This document shows, piece after piece, positions 18,263 to 29,212 of a DNA stretch of 64,000 nt (position 1 is the first letter of the stretch; each line of letters starts with the position of its first letter). Position numbers and translations under genes: made by a program. The notes beneath the pieces were generated by a model. The model made no database searches. It was given only the letters and a program-made list of their open reading frames with translations, and was not told the origin of the DNA. This stretch comes from Candidatus Crickella equi (GTDB taxonomy: Bacteria; Bacillota; Clostridia; Peptostreptococcales; Anaerovoracaceae): NCBI GenBank assembly GCA_018064755.1, contig JAGHUP010000009.1, positions 5,701 through 69,700 of the forward strand. Direction: 5' to 3'.

Positions 18263-19216
18263 CTAGTCGATAATGCTGTTTTTGAGCTTTCTTACTTCTG
18301 CAACGATGTCGTTTGCTGTAAGTCCATACTTCTCGAGGAGCTCAGCTGGCTTGCCGGACTCGCCGAATGTATCCTTAATTCCGATGACAGACATCCTAAC
18401 AGGATAGTTCTGAGCAACAACCTCTGCAACGGCTGAACCGAGTCCGCCGATTACAGAATGTTCCTCTGCAGTAACGATGCATCCGCACTCCTTAGCAGCC
18501 TGAACGATAATATCTTTGTCGAGAGGCTTGATTGTGTGGATATCGATTACTCTTGCCTTGATATCTTCCTTGCTCAGAATCTCTGCTGCTTCGATAGCTG
18601 TGCTAACCATCAGTCCTGTTGCGATGATAGCAACGTCATTGCCCTTTCTTACAACACGGCCCTTGCCAAGTTCAAGGCAATCCGCTTCCTTCATTTCATA
18701 TACCTGAGGCATTCCTGATCTAGAAAGTCTTGCATAAGCCGGACCGTTCATCTCGAAGAGCTGTCTCAGCAGTTCCTTAGCAGAATTAGCATCAGCTGGG
18801 CTGATTACTGTCATATCAGGGATAACTCTCATCAGAGCGATATCTTCAACTGTCTGGTGTGTAGCACCATCCTCACCTACTGTAAGGCCTGCATGTGTAG
18901 CGCATACCTTAACGTTAGCTTTGGTATGAGCAACAGAGTTACGAATAATCTCATATCCTCTTCCTGCTGCAAACATTGTGAATGAGCTGCACGCAACAAC
19001 GTGACCGCTGTGAGCGATACCTGCTGCCTCTGCAATCATATCCTGTTCTGAAATGCCGCACTCAATGAATCTTTCAGGATAAGCTTTCTCAAATCCATCT
19101 GTCTTGTTGGAACCGGAGAGGTCTGCATTCATTACGATGAGATCCTTGCGCTTTGCACCGTATTCAACGAGGAATTCACCGTATGCTTCTCTTGTAGCCT
19201 TATTATTCTTTTCCAT
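18263..19216 (-). CDS. transketolase, C-terminal (pyrimidine-binding) subunit
   Basis: Split-type transketolase B subunit pattern (..FIECGISEQDM..GATHQ..). Confidence 0.9.
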   Translation of the reverse strand: MEKNNKATREAYGEFLVEYGAKRKDLIVMNADLSGSNKTDGFEKAYPERFIECGISEQDMIAEAAGIAHSGHVVACSSFTMFAAGRGYEIIRNSVAHTKANVKVCATHAGLTVGEDGATHQTVEDIALMRVIPDMTVISPADANSAKELLRQLFEMNGPAYARLSRSGMPQVYEMKEADCLELGKGRVVRKGNDVAIIATGLMVSTAIEAAEILSKEDIKARVIDIHTIKPLDKDIIVQAAKECGCIVTAEEHSVIGGLGSAVAEVVAQNYPVRMSVIGIKDTFGESGKPAELLEKYGLTANDIVAEVRKLKNSIID

Positions 19217-20037
19217 TATTCGTCACCTCCCAGTTCTTCGATTGCCTGAGCGAGCTGCTCATCATTAGGCGCTTTGCCATGCCATCCAGCAACGTCTTTC
19301 ATGAATGATACGCCGTTGCCCTTGAATGTCTTAGCAACGATTACTGTTGGCTGTCCAACAGTCTTCTTAGCCTCATCAACAGCATCGAGCAGTGACTGCA
19401 TATCGTGGCCATCACACATGATAGCCTTCCATCCGAATGCTTCGAATTTCTTATCAATTGGAGATACCTGGCATACATCATCAACTCTACCGTCAATCTG
19501 AAGGTTGTTCCAGTCAACGATTGCGATGAGGTTGTCAAGTTTGTATTTGGCAGCAGTCATAGCAGCTTCCCAGATGATACCTTCCTGGAGTTCTCCATCA
19601 CCTGTGATTGCGTATACCTTAGACTTGTCGCCATCGATTCTGCCGGCATTAGCCATTCCTACTGCGGCAGCAAATCCCTGTCCGAGAGATCCTGTTGACA
19701 TTTCAACGCCAGGGCAAACCATCATATTAGGATGTCCCTGCAGGCGTGTTCCGAGATGACGGAAAGTCAGCATTTCCTCTGGTGGGAAATATCCTCTCTC
19801 AGCGAGAGTCGCATAGAGCGCTGGACAAGCGTGGCCCTTGGACAGAACAAGTCTGTCTCTGCCTTCCATTCTAGGATTAGTTGGGTCAACGTTCATCTCG
19901 TTGAAATAAAGCGCAACCAGAATGTCGGTTACAGACAGCGAGCCACCCGGATGACCGGAGCCTGCTGAGTGGATGCCCTTCAGAGCATTTTTTCTGACTC
20001 TGCGAGCAATTTCATTGAGTTCAGCTACAGTTTTCAA
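19216..20037 (-). CDS. transketolase, N-terminal (TPP-binding) subunit
   Basis: SGHPGGSLS and ITGDGELQEG..NL TPP motif. 1-nt overlap with the C-terminal subunit gene. Confidence 0.9.
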   Translation of the reverse strand: MKTVAELNEIARRVRKNALKGIHSAGSGHPGGSLSVTDILVALYFNEMNVDPTNPRMEGRDRLVLSKGHACPALYATLAERGYFPPEEMLTFRHLGTRLQGHPNMMVCPGVEMSTGSLGQGFAAAVGMANAGRIDGDKSKVYAITGDGELQEGIIWEAAMTAAKYKLDNLIAIVDWNNLQIDGRVDDVCQVSPIDKKFEAFGWKAIMCDGHDMQSLLDAVDEAKKTVGQPTVIVAKTFKGNGVSFMKDVAGWHGKAPNDEQLAQAIEELGGDE

Positions 20038-20061
20038 TTTAGTACCTCCAATTGTAATATG

Positions 20062-21468
20062 TTAAATATGTAAGAATATACCAGCCATCAGGAAGTAAGT
20101 TCCCAGTGCAAGCATATCCGTTATTGATGCCATCAGCGGTCCAGCCATCAGAGCTGGGTCGATACCGATTTTCTTAGCAATCATAGGCAGCATAGCGCCG
20201 ATTAGTTTGGCAATCATGATAGCGATAATCATGGACAGGCATACCGTAACAGCTACCAAGAATGGTTCGTGTGTGATGAATACGATACGCGCTGTATTGA
20301 TAACACTGAGACAGAGACCAACAGTAACGCTGACTCTTATCTCTTTCCACGCAACCTTGATGAAATCATCAAGTTCAATATCGCCAGTTGCCATACCACG
20401 AATTACCAATGTTGATGACTGTGTGCCGGAGTTACCAGCAGTACCCATCAACAGTGGCATATATGTTACCAGGCAAATCATATCTGACAGCGCATTCTCG
20501 AAACTCGAGATGATACCGCCAGTTACGAAATACGAGCACATCAAGAGTAACAGCCACGGGAATCTCGCTTTAACGTGCGACCACACGGACATATCCAGGT
20601 AGGATTTGTCATCGTTCGAAATGACACCGCCCATACGCTCGATATCTTCGGATGTCTCTTCTTCGATGACGTCCAGGATATCGTCGACTGTTACGATACC
20701 GACAAGTCTTCCTTCATTATCTACAACAGGAATTGCCAGATAACCATAACGATTGAACAGGTCCATTACTTCCTCCTGGTCCTCATCAACGTTCACGCAC
20801 AGAGGATCGTCATGCATGATGTCGGATACCAGTAGGTTGTCGTCACAGATGACCAAAGCCCTAAGTGATACTACTCCTATGAGTTTGCGGCCACGGTCGA
20901 TTACGTAGCATGAGTATATAGTCTCGGAGTCGAGACCAACTTCTTTAATGTGGTCGAGAGCCTCTCTAACCGTCCAGCTCTTGGTAAGATTGATGTAGTC
21001 CGGAGTCATCAGTGATCCGGCCGTATCATCCTTGTATTTAAGGAACTGATTTATCTTCTTACGCTCAGCCTTAGTTGTTTTGGAAAGGATCTTATCGACC
21101 ACGTTCGCGGGCAGTTCCTCCAACACGTCGATCATATCGTCGAAGTCAAGTTCATCGATGATGAATTCGATTTCGGGATCAGTGATCATATTGATTACGT
21201 CGACCTGGTAGTCGACATCCAGATATGAGAACACTTCAACGCTGACGTCCTTAGGCAAAGTACGGAACAGAATAACTACCTTCTGTAGATCGTACTCACG
21301 GCGCACGTCGTCCAGCATTTCAGAGATCTCGACTTCATCGTGTTTTAGGAGCTCATCTCTGCATTGGAAATATTTCTTTTCTTCAATCAGCTCTAAGATC
21401 TTTTCCAAGGACTCATCATAAGCCTGGTCCATTTCTTCAGCAGTGCTGGTTAAGTTTAAATTTTCCAT
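20062..21468 (-). CDS. mgtE: magnesium transporter MgtE
   Basis: MgtE N-domain, tandem CBS domains, five-TM C-terminal domain. Confidence 0.9.
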   Translation of the reverse strand: MENLNLTSTAEEMDQAYDESLEKILELIEEKKYFQCRDELLKHDEVEISEMLDDVRREYDLQKVVILFRTLPKDVSVEVFSYLDVDYQVDVINMITDPEIEFIIDELDFDDMIDVLEELPANVVDKILSKTTKAERKKINQFLKYKDDTAGSLMTPDYINLTKSWTVREALDHIKEVGLDSETIYSCYVIDRGRKLIGVVSLRALVICDDNLLVSDIMHDDPLCVNVDEDQEEVMDLFNRYGYLAIPVVDNEGRLVGIVTVDDILDVIEEETSEDIERMGGVISNDDKSYLDMSVWSHVKARFPWLLLLMCSYFVTGGIISSFENALSDMICLVTYMPLLMGTAGNSGTQSSTLVIRGMATGDIELDDFIKVAWKEIRVSVTVGLCLSVINTARIVFITHEPFLVAVTVCLSMIIAIMIAKLIGAMLPMIAKKIGIDPALMAGPLMASITDMLALGTYFLMAGIFLHI

Positions 21469-21566
21469 TGGTCTCTCCTCCTTTCCTTTATTATTCTGTG
21501 CGGCTGATGGTCACTTCCCCGCCGCACAATAAACATAAACGATAGTTATCGTTCCGTCATTAGGCT

Positions 21567-23531
21567 CTAACCTAACATGTTTATTATCTCGTTTTCTGTT
21601 ATGACTTTAACGCCGAGTTCGCGAGCCATCTTATTCTTAGATGAACCGCTGTCCGGGTTGTTGGTGATGAGATAGTCTGTCTTGGCAGATACCTGTGAAG
21701 CTACCTTACCGCCTTCCATTTCGATTGCCGTCTTAAGATCTTTGCGGCTCGCGAAGAATTCGAGGTCGCCAGTTACTACGAATGTGAGTCCGTCAAGCTT
21801 GGTTCCAGCGAGTTCGAAAGTTTCATCCATCTCAAGTTCATTAATTATCTCATGAACGATTCTTCTCTTCTCAGGATTTGCGAAGAACTCTGTATAGTCA
21901 CGAGTCATTACATCACCAATGCCGTCGATTGAGAGAAGCTCTTCCTCAGTAAGACGCATGATTGTGTCCCAGCTGTTACGGCACTCGCGCGCAATATATC
22001 TTGCAGTATTAACACCGATGCCAGGGATGCCTAGGCCATAGAGCAGACGCTCAGGTGTTGTCCTTCTTGATCTGTTAACTGCAGCAACGAGGTTGTTAAA
22101 TGACTTCTCGCCAAAACCTTCCATTGCTACTATCTCGTCCTTGTGCTGATTAATCTCGAAGAGATCCGGCAAGTCGCGAATGATACCCGCTCCAATCAGC
22201 TTGAGAATGCCGGCCTCGGAGAGGCCTTCGATATTGAGTGCATCGCGGGATACGAAGAGGTCAAACTTCTTAACATGCTTGGCGATGCAATCCTGATTCA
22301 GGCAATGCAGAGTCTTAGTTCCGTCTTCGTCACGAATCTCAGTTGGTCCACCGCAGACCGGACATCTGTCAGGAATAACAAGATTGCCTGATTTGGTATT
22401 GTTGTGAGATACCTGTGGAATGATCATGTTAGCCTTATAAACAACGACTGTGTCGCCAATGCCCAGCTGCAGATCTTCCATAATATTAATGTTGTGAACG
22501 CTAGCTCTTGATACAGTAGTTCCCTCGAGTTCAACCGGGTCGAAAATAGCTACAGGGTTCAGCAGACCTGTACGGCTAGGACTCCACTCAATTTCTCTGA
22601 GGATAGTCTCAGCATTCTGGTCTCTCCACTTGAAAGCAATCGCGTTCTTAGGATACTTGGCAGTTGCACCAAGTGATGCGCCATATACAGTATCCTCTAA
22701 TGTCAGTACCATTCCATCTACCGGAACATCGTACTTAAATACTTCTTCACTGAAGTAATCCAGAGCATCGAATAATGTATCCGGATTAACCTTCTTGTAC
22801 ATTACAACTTCAAATCCCTGTTCCTTCATCCAGTTCATCTCGTATTCGAGGCTTCCGTGAAGGTCCTCGCCCTCAGCACTAACCAGAGTGAATGGGATGA
22901 TTGAAACGCTACGGTCTTTAGTTACATTAGGATCGAGCTGACGAATACTTCCTGAGCAGAGGTTACGAGGGTTCTTGTACTTAGCATCAGCATCGTCGAT
23001 TTCCTCGTTGATGCGTTCGAAGTCTGAATACTTGATAACAGCCTCACCTCTGATGATGCACTTGCCCTTGAATGGAATCTCCTGTGGAACATTCTTGCAC
23101 ATTCTAGCATTGTCAGTAATAAGTTCTCCCTGAACTCCATTACCACGAGTTACAGCCTGTTGCAGTTTTCCGCCCTCATAAGTCAGGACAACAGTAATAC
23201 CATCGAGCTTCCATGAGAGCAGAGCCTCATGATTGCCGAGCCACGCCTTGAGTTCGTCGCGGTCCTTGGTTTTGTTCATTGAGAGCATCTTCTTCTCATG
23301 AGTAATCTTAGGAAGTCCAGATGTTGTCTCAATACCGACGTTCTGTGATGGTGAATCCTCGCTGACGTAGCCTGTCTCCTCCTCGAGTGCGAGCAGCTCA
23401 TCGTAAGCCGCATCGTACTCATAGTTGGTCATAATCTCGCTCGCATCATCGTAGTACGCGCGGGACGCCTCGTTAAGGAGATTAATGAGTTCGTCTATTC
23501 TTGCAATTTTCTGTTCCTTAGTCATAGCCAT
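21567..23531 (-). CDS. ligA: NAD-dependent DNA ligase LigA
   Basis: SWKLDG adenylation motif, four-Cys Zn finger, HhH and C-terminal BRCT. Start placed at MAMTKEQ (GAGGTG SD) rather than the track's upstream start, which overlaps pcrA. Confidence 0.9.
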   Translation of the reverse strand: MAMTKEQKIARIDELINLLNEASRAYYDDASEIMTNYEYDAAYDELLALEEETGYVSEDSPSQNVGIETTSGLPKITHEKKMLSMNKTKDRDELKAWLGNHEALLSWKLDGITVVLTYEGGKLQQAVTRGNGVQGELITDNARMCKNVPQEIPFKGKCIIRGEAVIKYSDFERINEEIDDADAKYKNPRNLCSGSIRQLDPNVTKDRSVSIIPFTLVSAEGEDLHGSLEYEMNWMKEQGFEVVMYKKVNPDTLFDALDYFSEEVFKYDVPVDGMVLTLEDTVYGASLGATAKYPKNAIAFKWRDQNAETILREIEWSPSRTGLLNPVAIFDPVELEGTTVSRASVHNINIMEDLQLGIGDTVVVYKANMIIPQVSHNNTKSGNLVIPDRCPVCGGPTEIRDEDGTKTLHCLNQDCIAKHVKKFDLFVSRDALNIEGLSEAGILKLIGAGIIRDLPDLFEINQHKDEIVAMEGFGEKSFNNLVAAVNRSRRTTPERLLYGLGIPGIGVNTARYIARECRNSWDTIMRLTEEELLSIDGIGDVMTRDYTEFFANPEKRRIVHEIINELEMDETFELAGTKLDGLTFVVTGDLEFFASRKDLKTAIEMEGGKVASQVSAKTDYLITNNPDSGSSKNKMARELGVKVITENEIINMLG

Positions 23532-23544
23532 AGTACACCTCGTG

Positions 23545-25878
23545 CTATTTATCAACTTTCTCCATCTTTACGAATCCCTTGCCGAGCTTCTTCTGTCCAA
23601 CGCTATCGAACATGATTGTCATAGTCTTAGCGTCCTGTTCAATCAGCATGCCCTCGCCGAATTTAGGATGGCGGAGAGTGTCGCCAATTTGGAAATCTTC
23701 AACAATCTTCTGCTTGGTCTCGGCAGTCGAGCGAACCAGACTATCCGAATAGTTCGCATGCGTCAGCTTGACGCCGAATGGTTTATCTGCCGGAGCTCCT
23801 GAATATCCATCGAAGTTGCCATTGAGGCCGCTACCCCAAAATCTATCTCCGAGGTATCCGCCCTCGCCGAAGGTGCCGCCACTCTTGGCTTTGCGTTCCT
23901 TCATGGTGTCATCGCCGTCGAGATATTGTTTGTCCATTTCGTCCAGGAATATTGATTCATTCTGGAAGTCTGTCTTACCGTAGAGGGTACGCATCTGCGC
24001 ACCTGTCAGGTAGAGTTTCTTCATAGCTCTTGTGATGCCTACGTAGCAGAGTCTACGCTCTTCTTCCATCTTGGCATCGCTCTCGAAAGCCATAGCTCCA
24101 GGGAAGACTGTTGTCTCCATTCCTGGAATAAATACGATTGGGAATTCAAGTCCCTTGGCCGAATGCAGAGTCATCAGAACTACCGCATCCTCATCAGCAT
24201 TATGATTGTCGATATCCGACATCAAGGTAATGCGCTCGAGGAAAGTTCCGAGGATAGTCGGTTCGCTGGTACCGGCGGAGCCGCCGAGGATCGCGTCGCG
24301 TTCCTCGCGGATTTCATCCATGAAATCCTCCAGCGAACCGTCATCAACGCCTTTTTCGAATTCGCCGATGACAGATTTGAATTCCATTATGTTCTCGATA
24401 CGGCCGTCAGCCTCAACAGTATTAGCGGCTTCGAGGGCTGCCAGATAACCGGATCGTCTTAATACGTTGTCATAGATTGCGGAGATTGTTAGGTTCTCCT
24501 GCTCGGCTCTGATATCCTCAATCATCTCTATGAGTTGTTTAATAGCATCACGAGACTTATTGCCAAGCACAGCCTGCAGTTCTTCCTGGCAGAGCGCCTG
24601 GAACAGGCTGTAATTGTAGCTACGCGCATAGCCCTCAATAGCGGATAGAGTCTTCGCTCCGATTCCCCTCTTAGGCTCATTGATGATACGCAGCATCGAT
24701 ACATCGTCGTTAGGATTCTCAATCAGACGGAGATAAGCCATAACATCTTTAATCTCTTTGCGGTCGTAGAATCTCAGTCCCGCCAACACTCTATACGGAA
24801 TGCCTCTGAATGAGAACTTCTCTTCGAACGGTCTTGACTGAGCATTCTTACGATACAGCACTGCCATATCGCTGTACTTGTATCCCTTATCTCGCCATGC
24901 CTCAATCTCGCTGCCGATGTACCAAGCTTCCTGTTTCTCATTCTCCAGACGCTTGTATGTGATCTTCTCACCGTCCGGATGCTCAGTCCACAGGGCTTTC
25001 TCTTTACGGCTGGCATTATTCTTAATAACTGAATTAGCCAGATTCAGGATATTTGCATCAGATCTGTAATTCTGTTCCAGTCTGATTGTATATACATTCT
25101 TAAAGTCATGCTCGAAGTCCAGAATGTTTCTGATATCTGCACCTCTCCACTGATAGATGCACTGGTCATCGTCGCCGACAACACAGAGATTGCCGTGACG
25201 GCTAGCCAGCATCCTAATTAGTTTGTACTGGAGATAGTTAGTATCCTGGTACTCATCGACCATGATATATTTAAATCTATTTGAGTAGTACTCGAGGGCC
25301 TCAGGCGACTGTTCGAGGAGCTTAACGCCGTTCCATAGTAGGTCGTCAAAATCCATAGCATTGTTAGCCATCAGCAGTTCCTGATACTTCGCATACACGC
25401 GACGCAGCGCAATGTCGAGCATTTGCTCAGGGCCTTCTTCGTTTTCTTTGGCCTTGGAGATAGCTCCGATAGCAGCCGCAACCGGATACTGCTTCTCGTC
25501 GACCTCGAGTTCCTTGTAAACCTTCTTAATCAGAGACTTCTTGTCAGTCTCATCGTAAACAGTGAAACCACTCTTGTAACCAATCTTGTCTGCAGAGTAT
25601 CTCAACATTCTGAGACACAGTGCGTGGAAAGTCATAATCCACATGCCCTGAGTGTCGTCTACCAACTTCTGAACACGTTCTCTCATCTCGTTCGCAGCCT
25701 TGTTTGTAAATGTTACCGCAAGGATGTTATGTGGGTCAGTTCCCATCTCAACAAGATGGGCCATACGATGAGTCATAGTTGCTGTTTTGCCCGATCCAGC
25801 TCCCGCCAGAATCAATACCGGACCCTCTGTATGCTCAACAGCCTTATTCTGTTCTCTGTTCAAGTTCTTATAAGCCAT
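23545..25878 (-). CDS. pcrA: ATP-dependent DNA helicase PcrA (UvrD family)
   Basis: AGAGSGKT and VDEYQDTN motifs. Start placed at MAYKNLNREQ. Confidence 0.9.
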   Translation of the reverse strand: MAYKNLNREQNKAVEHTEGPVLILAGAGSGKTATMTHRMAHLVEMGTDPHNILAVTFTNKAANEMRERVQKLVDDTQGMWIMTFHALCLRMLRYSADKIGYKSGFTVYDETDKKSLIKKVYKELEVDEKQYPVAAAIGAISKAKENEEGPEQMLDIALRRVYAKYQELLMANNAMDFDDLLWNGVKLLEQSPEALEYYSNRFKYIMVDEYQDTNYLQYKLIRMLASRHGNLCVVGDDDQCIYQWRGADIRNILDFEHDFKNVYTIRLEQNYRSDANILNLANSVIKNNASRKEKALWTEHPDGEKITYKRLENEKQEAWYIGSEIEAWRDKGYKYSDMAVLYRKNAQSRPFEEKFSFRGIPYRVLAGLRFYDRKEIKDVMAYLRLIENPNDDVSMLRIINEPKRGIGAKTLSAIEGYARSYNYSLFQALCQEELQAVLGNKSRDAIKQLIEMIEDIRAEQENLTISAIYDNVLRRSGYLAALEAANTVEADGRIENIMEFKSVIGEFEKGVDDGSLEDFMDEIREERDAILGGSAGTSEPTILGTFLERITLMSDIDNHNADEDAVVLMTLHSAKGLEFPIVFIPGMETTVFPGAMAFESDAKMEEERRLCYVGITRAMKKLYLTGAQMRTLYGKTDFQNESIFLDEMDKQYLDGDDTMKERKAKSGGTFGEGGYLGDRFWGSGLNGNFDGYSGAPADKPFGVKLTHANYSDSLVRSTAETKQKIVEDFQIGDTLRHPKFGEGMLIEQDAKTMTIMFDSVGQKKLGKGFVKMEKVDK

Positions 25879-25901
25879 AGTTAGTGTTATTTTACCACAA
25901 A

Positions 25902-25936
25902 AATAAGAGTCGGTCTTCATTTCCCGACTCTTATTT
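25902..25936 (-). terminator. rho-independent terminator
   Basis: AATAAGAGTCGG-loop-CCGACTCTTATT with a T run on the reverse strand. Confidence 0.8.
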
Positions 25937-25948
25937 ATTAAAATTTTT

Positions 25949-27547
25949 TTACTCGTAATAGCTATCTGCAATCATCAACCAAGCCATAGTCACCTCAAGT
26001 CCATGAGGGAATATCAGTTTATTGATGTTGCTCTTGCTACCTTCTTCATATAGGACGCTTGCCAGAATCTGCTGATCAGACGCAAGATCCTTATCGAGAA
26101 GCTTAAGAACTGTCTCAAGTCCGCCTCCGATAGTCTTCTTAAATGAAGAATTAGCATTAAGTCCACTTGCGAATGCATTTACTACAGCCTTGTACTCCTT
26201 CTTGCTCATAGTGAGCTTGATTGAAGGATCAAGCACTTTGGAAATAACCCTTCTTCCTTCTTTAGTCTTGAAGCAATTAAGGAGAGAAGCAACAACCTGA
26301 TCCTGAACAGCCTCTTTCGCGCTATCGTTCTTACTTGTATACCACTTCATAATACCCATGAAGGACTTTTCAACTGTGGTACCGTTAACAGACTTCACGT
26401 TTGCTGAACGAGTTGAATTGTAGGCTTTACGAGAAGGAATAGTGGCTTTGAGCTTCTTGAGAAGCAGTGTCCAGAATTCTCCGGTTTCTGCCGTATATTG
26501 CTTGACGATTGGAAACTTTCCTTCTTGAATATCGGATAACTTTTGAGCTTCGTCAATTCCCAGTTTGCCTACCAACACCATTCTCTTTATCTCAGATTCA
26601 GATAATTCCGAAATAGGCAGCTTGGAAACCTTAAGAAGTACCGATGTATCCATCTTAGCCCAAGCAAAGTCCCTAGGTGATTCATACAATGATGAAACAT
26701 TTTCTTTAACCACATATTTCTGAAGCATTGACTTCATCTGCGATTCATTGCTCAGATCACCGATTTTGGCATCAACTTTTCCTGCTGTTCCAAATCCCAT
26801 ATATGAAGGCAGTACCAGAGTAACGCCATCATAAGCATTCCTTATATGATGAATATTCGCTTTCTTTCCGTTGCCCTTATTGGTCATCGGACCCTCGAAG
26901 CAGTATCCATACACTTTGGCCTTGCCATAAGTCTTGGTAAGTGATTCAGCTGCCAAGTCAGCAACGGCAGCACCGCGGCTGTATCCTACAACCCACAGTT
27001 TAACCTTCTTAGTTTTAAGCGACTTAATATATGCATTTATGTATTTACATACAGTTGAAGCCGCTGATGAATAGCCCTTAGCATCTCCGCTCTTTCCTGC
27101 ATTGAAGTTATCAACCCATTCACTCTCATAATGTGAACCTCTTATTACAACCGGAATTAAGATTGTACCATTTGCAAGCTCCTTCTTAGCGTATGAGAAT
27201 GCAATGTTTTCCTTCTTAGCATCCTTGGTACTGTAATTTGATTTAACACCGTCAAATCCCATATTGCTGAGCAAAGAGTTAATATCTTTCTCATAGCCAG
27301 CAGCAAGGCACAGTCCCATAGAAGTCGTTGCCAGATGCTCATCATATTTAGAACTTGATCCAGCAAACATATCATCTGAGTAGTAAATTGTAGTATGCTC
27401 TGTTACCGTGTCATCAAGATCGAACATATAATCAACAGTATATGCCTTAATCTCCGATGCCTGCACCTCTTCTGCAAATACAAACGAAGTGGACAGTACC
27501 ATCAGCATTGCTATGATGATTGCTATTATTCTGCTATTTCTTTTCAT
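25949..27547 (-). CDS. secreted alpha/beta-hydrolase-fold (lipase-like) protein
   Basis: Signal peptide MKRNSRIIAIIIAMLMVLSTSFVFA and a nucleophile-elbow-like VVGYSRGAAVA. The rest is not recognised. Confidence 0.45.
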   Translation of the reverse strand: MKRNSRIIAIIIAMLMVLSTSFVFAEEVQASEIKAYTVDYMFDLDDTVTEHTTIYYSDDMFAGSSSKYDEHLATTSMGLCLAAGYEKDINSLLSNMGFDGVKSNYSTKDAKKENIAFSYAKKELANGTILIPVVIRGSHYESEWVDNFNAGKSGDAKGYSSAASTVCKYINAYIKSLKTKKVKLWVVGYSRGAAVADLAAESLTKTYGKAKVYGYCFEGPMTNKGNGKKANIHHIRNAYDGVTLVLPSYMGFGTAGKVDAKIGDLSNESQMKSMLQKYVVKENVSSLYESPRDFAWAKMDTSVLLKVSKLPISELSESEIKRMVLVGKLGIDEAQKLSDIQEGKFPIVKQYTAETGEFWTLLLKKLKATIPSRKAYNSTRSANVKSVNGTTVEKSFMGIMKWYTSKNDSAKEAVQDQVVASLLNCFKTKEGRRVISKVLDPSIKLTMSKKEYKAVVNAFASGLNANSSFKKTIGGGLETVLKLLDKDLASDQQILASVLYEEGSKSNINKLIFPHGLEVTMAWLMIADSYYE

Positions 27548-27608
27548 TTCTATATCTCCCATAATTCATGAAACATATGTCGTAACAATATTACCATAAA
27601 TGAGAAAT

Positions 27609-27642
27609 AAAAAGAAACGGTTCACCGAAGTGAACCGTTTCG
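27609..27642 (-). terminator. rho-independent terminator after gdhA
   Basis: Reverse strand GAAACGGTTCAC-TTCG-GTGAACCGTTTC followed by TTTTTATTT. Confidence 0.9.
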
Positions 27643-27676
27643 CATAGTTAATGTTTCGAGTTATCTAATCTAAAGA

Positions 27677-29047
27677 TTAAACAAGACCCTGAGCCATCAT
27701 AGCTGCTGCAACTCTTTCGAATCCAGCGATGTTAGCACCCTGAACGAGAGCGTTCTTGCTTCCGAAGTACTTCTCACCAGCGTTAGCACAAGCGCTGTAG
27801 ATGTTCTTCATGATCTGGTGAAGCTGTGCATAAACGTCTTCATGCTGGAATACAGTGTGTCCGCTGTTCTGTCCCATCTCGATGCATGAGCAAGCAACGC
27901 CACCAGCGTTAGCTGCCTTAGCAGGACCTACTGCTACGCAGTTGTCCATGAGGAACTTAAGAGCGTCATTAGTTGTAGGCATGTTAGCGCCTTCGCAATA
28001 GAACTTGCATCCGCCATCAACGATAGCCTGAGCGTGCTCCATGTGAACGTCATTCTGCATTGCGCAAGGGATGAACAGGTCAACCTTGATGCCAGCATCC
28101 TGCTGTACAGTCCAAGGCTTCTTGCCTGCGAAGAACTTAGCGTTAGGGAACTTCTCAACGTAAGGTGCGCAGATGTTCTTTCCGGATGATCTGAGCTCGA
28201 GGAGTGTAGCAACCTTCTCGTCAGTGCTGATTCCGTCTGGATCGTAGATGTATCCGTCTGGTCCGGAGATAGTAACCAGCTTAGCGCCCAGTCTCTGGAG
28301 CTGCCATGCAGTACCCCAAGATACGTTACCGAATCCGGAGATAGCAACAGTCTTTCCAGCGAGCTCTTCGCCGTTAGCCTTCAGCATTTCCTCAGCATAC
28401 CATACGATACCGAATCCTGTAGCTTCTGTTCTTCCGAGCAGTCCGCCGTAAGGGATTCCCTTACCAGTGAGAACTCCACCGTCAAATCTGTCAGTGATTC
28501 TCTTGTACTGTCCGAACAGGTAACCAATTTCTCTAGCGCCAACACCGAGGTCTCCAGCAGGAACGTCAGTGTAAGGTCCGATATGTCTGTAGAGCTCAGT
28601 CATGAATGCCTGGCAGAATCTCATTACTTCTGCATCGCTCTTTCCGTTAGGATCGAAGTCAGAACCGCCCTTGCCGCCGCCGATTGGGAGACCAGTCAGG
28701 GAGTTCTTGAAGATCTGCTCGAATCCGAGGAACTTAATGATTCCTGGATATACGTTAGGTGCGAATCTCAGTCCACCCTTGTAAGGTCCGATTGCGGAAT
28801 TGAACTGATATCTGTAACCCTTGTTAACCTGTACTTTGCCGTTGTCGTCAACCCAAACTACTCTGAAAGTTACTCCTCTTTCAGGCTCTACGAGTCTCTC
28901 CAGCAGAGCGCACTCCTCATACTGAGGGTTAGCGTCCATAACTGGTGCGAGGGACATCAGTACTTCTTCTACAGTCTGGTGGAATTCAACTTCGCCAGGA
29001 TTGTTCTTCTTGCAGAGTTCGATGACTCTTTCAACATAATTTGCCAT
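27677..29047 (-). CDS. gdhA: NADP-specific glutamate dehydrogenase
   Basis: GLPIGGGKGGSDFDP active-site motif, Rossmann GFGNVSWG. Start placed at MANYVERV with an AAGGAGAG SD. Confidence 0.9.
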   Translation of the reverse strand: MANYVERVIELCKKNNPGEVEFHQTVEEVLMSLAPVMDANPQYEECALLERLVEPERGVTFRVVWVDDNGKVQVNKGYRYQFNSAIGPYKGGLRFAPNVYPGIIKFLGFEQIFKNSLTGLPIGGGKGGSDFDPNGKSDAEVMRFCQAFMTELYRHIGPYTDVPAGDLGVGAREIGYLFGQYKRITDRFDGGVLTGKGIPYGGLLGRTEATGFGIVWYAEEMLKANGEELAGKTVAISGFGNVSWGTAWQLQRLGAKLVTISGPDGYIYDPDGISTDEKVATLLELRSSGKNICAPYVEKFPNAKFFAGKKPWTVQQDAGIKVDLFIPCAMQNDVHMEHAQAIVDGGCKFYCEGANMPTTNDALKFLMDNCVAVGPAKAANAGGVACSCIEMGQNSGHTVFQHEDVYAQLHQIMKNIYSACANAGEKYFGSKNALVQGANIAGFERVAAAMMAQGLV

Positions 29048-29112
29048 AGGTATCACTCTCCTTATGTATATACATTAAGATATTGATTGGTGCATAATGC
29101 ACCTACATATTT

Positions 29113-29140
29113 ATATTACCACTTGAGAACAATAAGTCAA
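29113..29140 (-). promoter_or_regulatory. gdhA promoter
   Basis: Reverse strand TTGACT-16 nt-TAATAT. It is followed by the 15-bp palindrome GGTGCATTATGCACC (29089-29103) between the -10 and the SD. Confidence 0.55.
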
Positions 29141-29142
29141 TG

Positions 29143-29178
29143 AAAACACCACGCAGATTTGTGTTCTGCGTGGTTTTT
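29143..29178 (-). terminator. bidirectional terminator downstream of the transglutaminase-like gene
   Basis: AAAACA-CCACGCAG-loop-CTGCGTGG-TTTTTA. Confidence 0.75.
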
Positions 29179-29212
29179 ATTAATGCACATCTTGACAATT
29201 TCTTGTCTATAT

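Noticed and set aside
21469-21566. Looked for an M-box (Mg) riboswitch upstream of mgtE.
   Set aside because: The intergenic region is only 98 nt and holds two simple hairpins (AACGATA/TATCGTT and TGTGCGGC/GCCGCACA). This is far shorter than an M-box, and I could not find conserved M-box segments.
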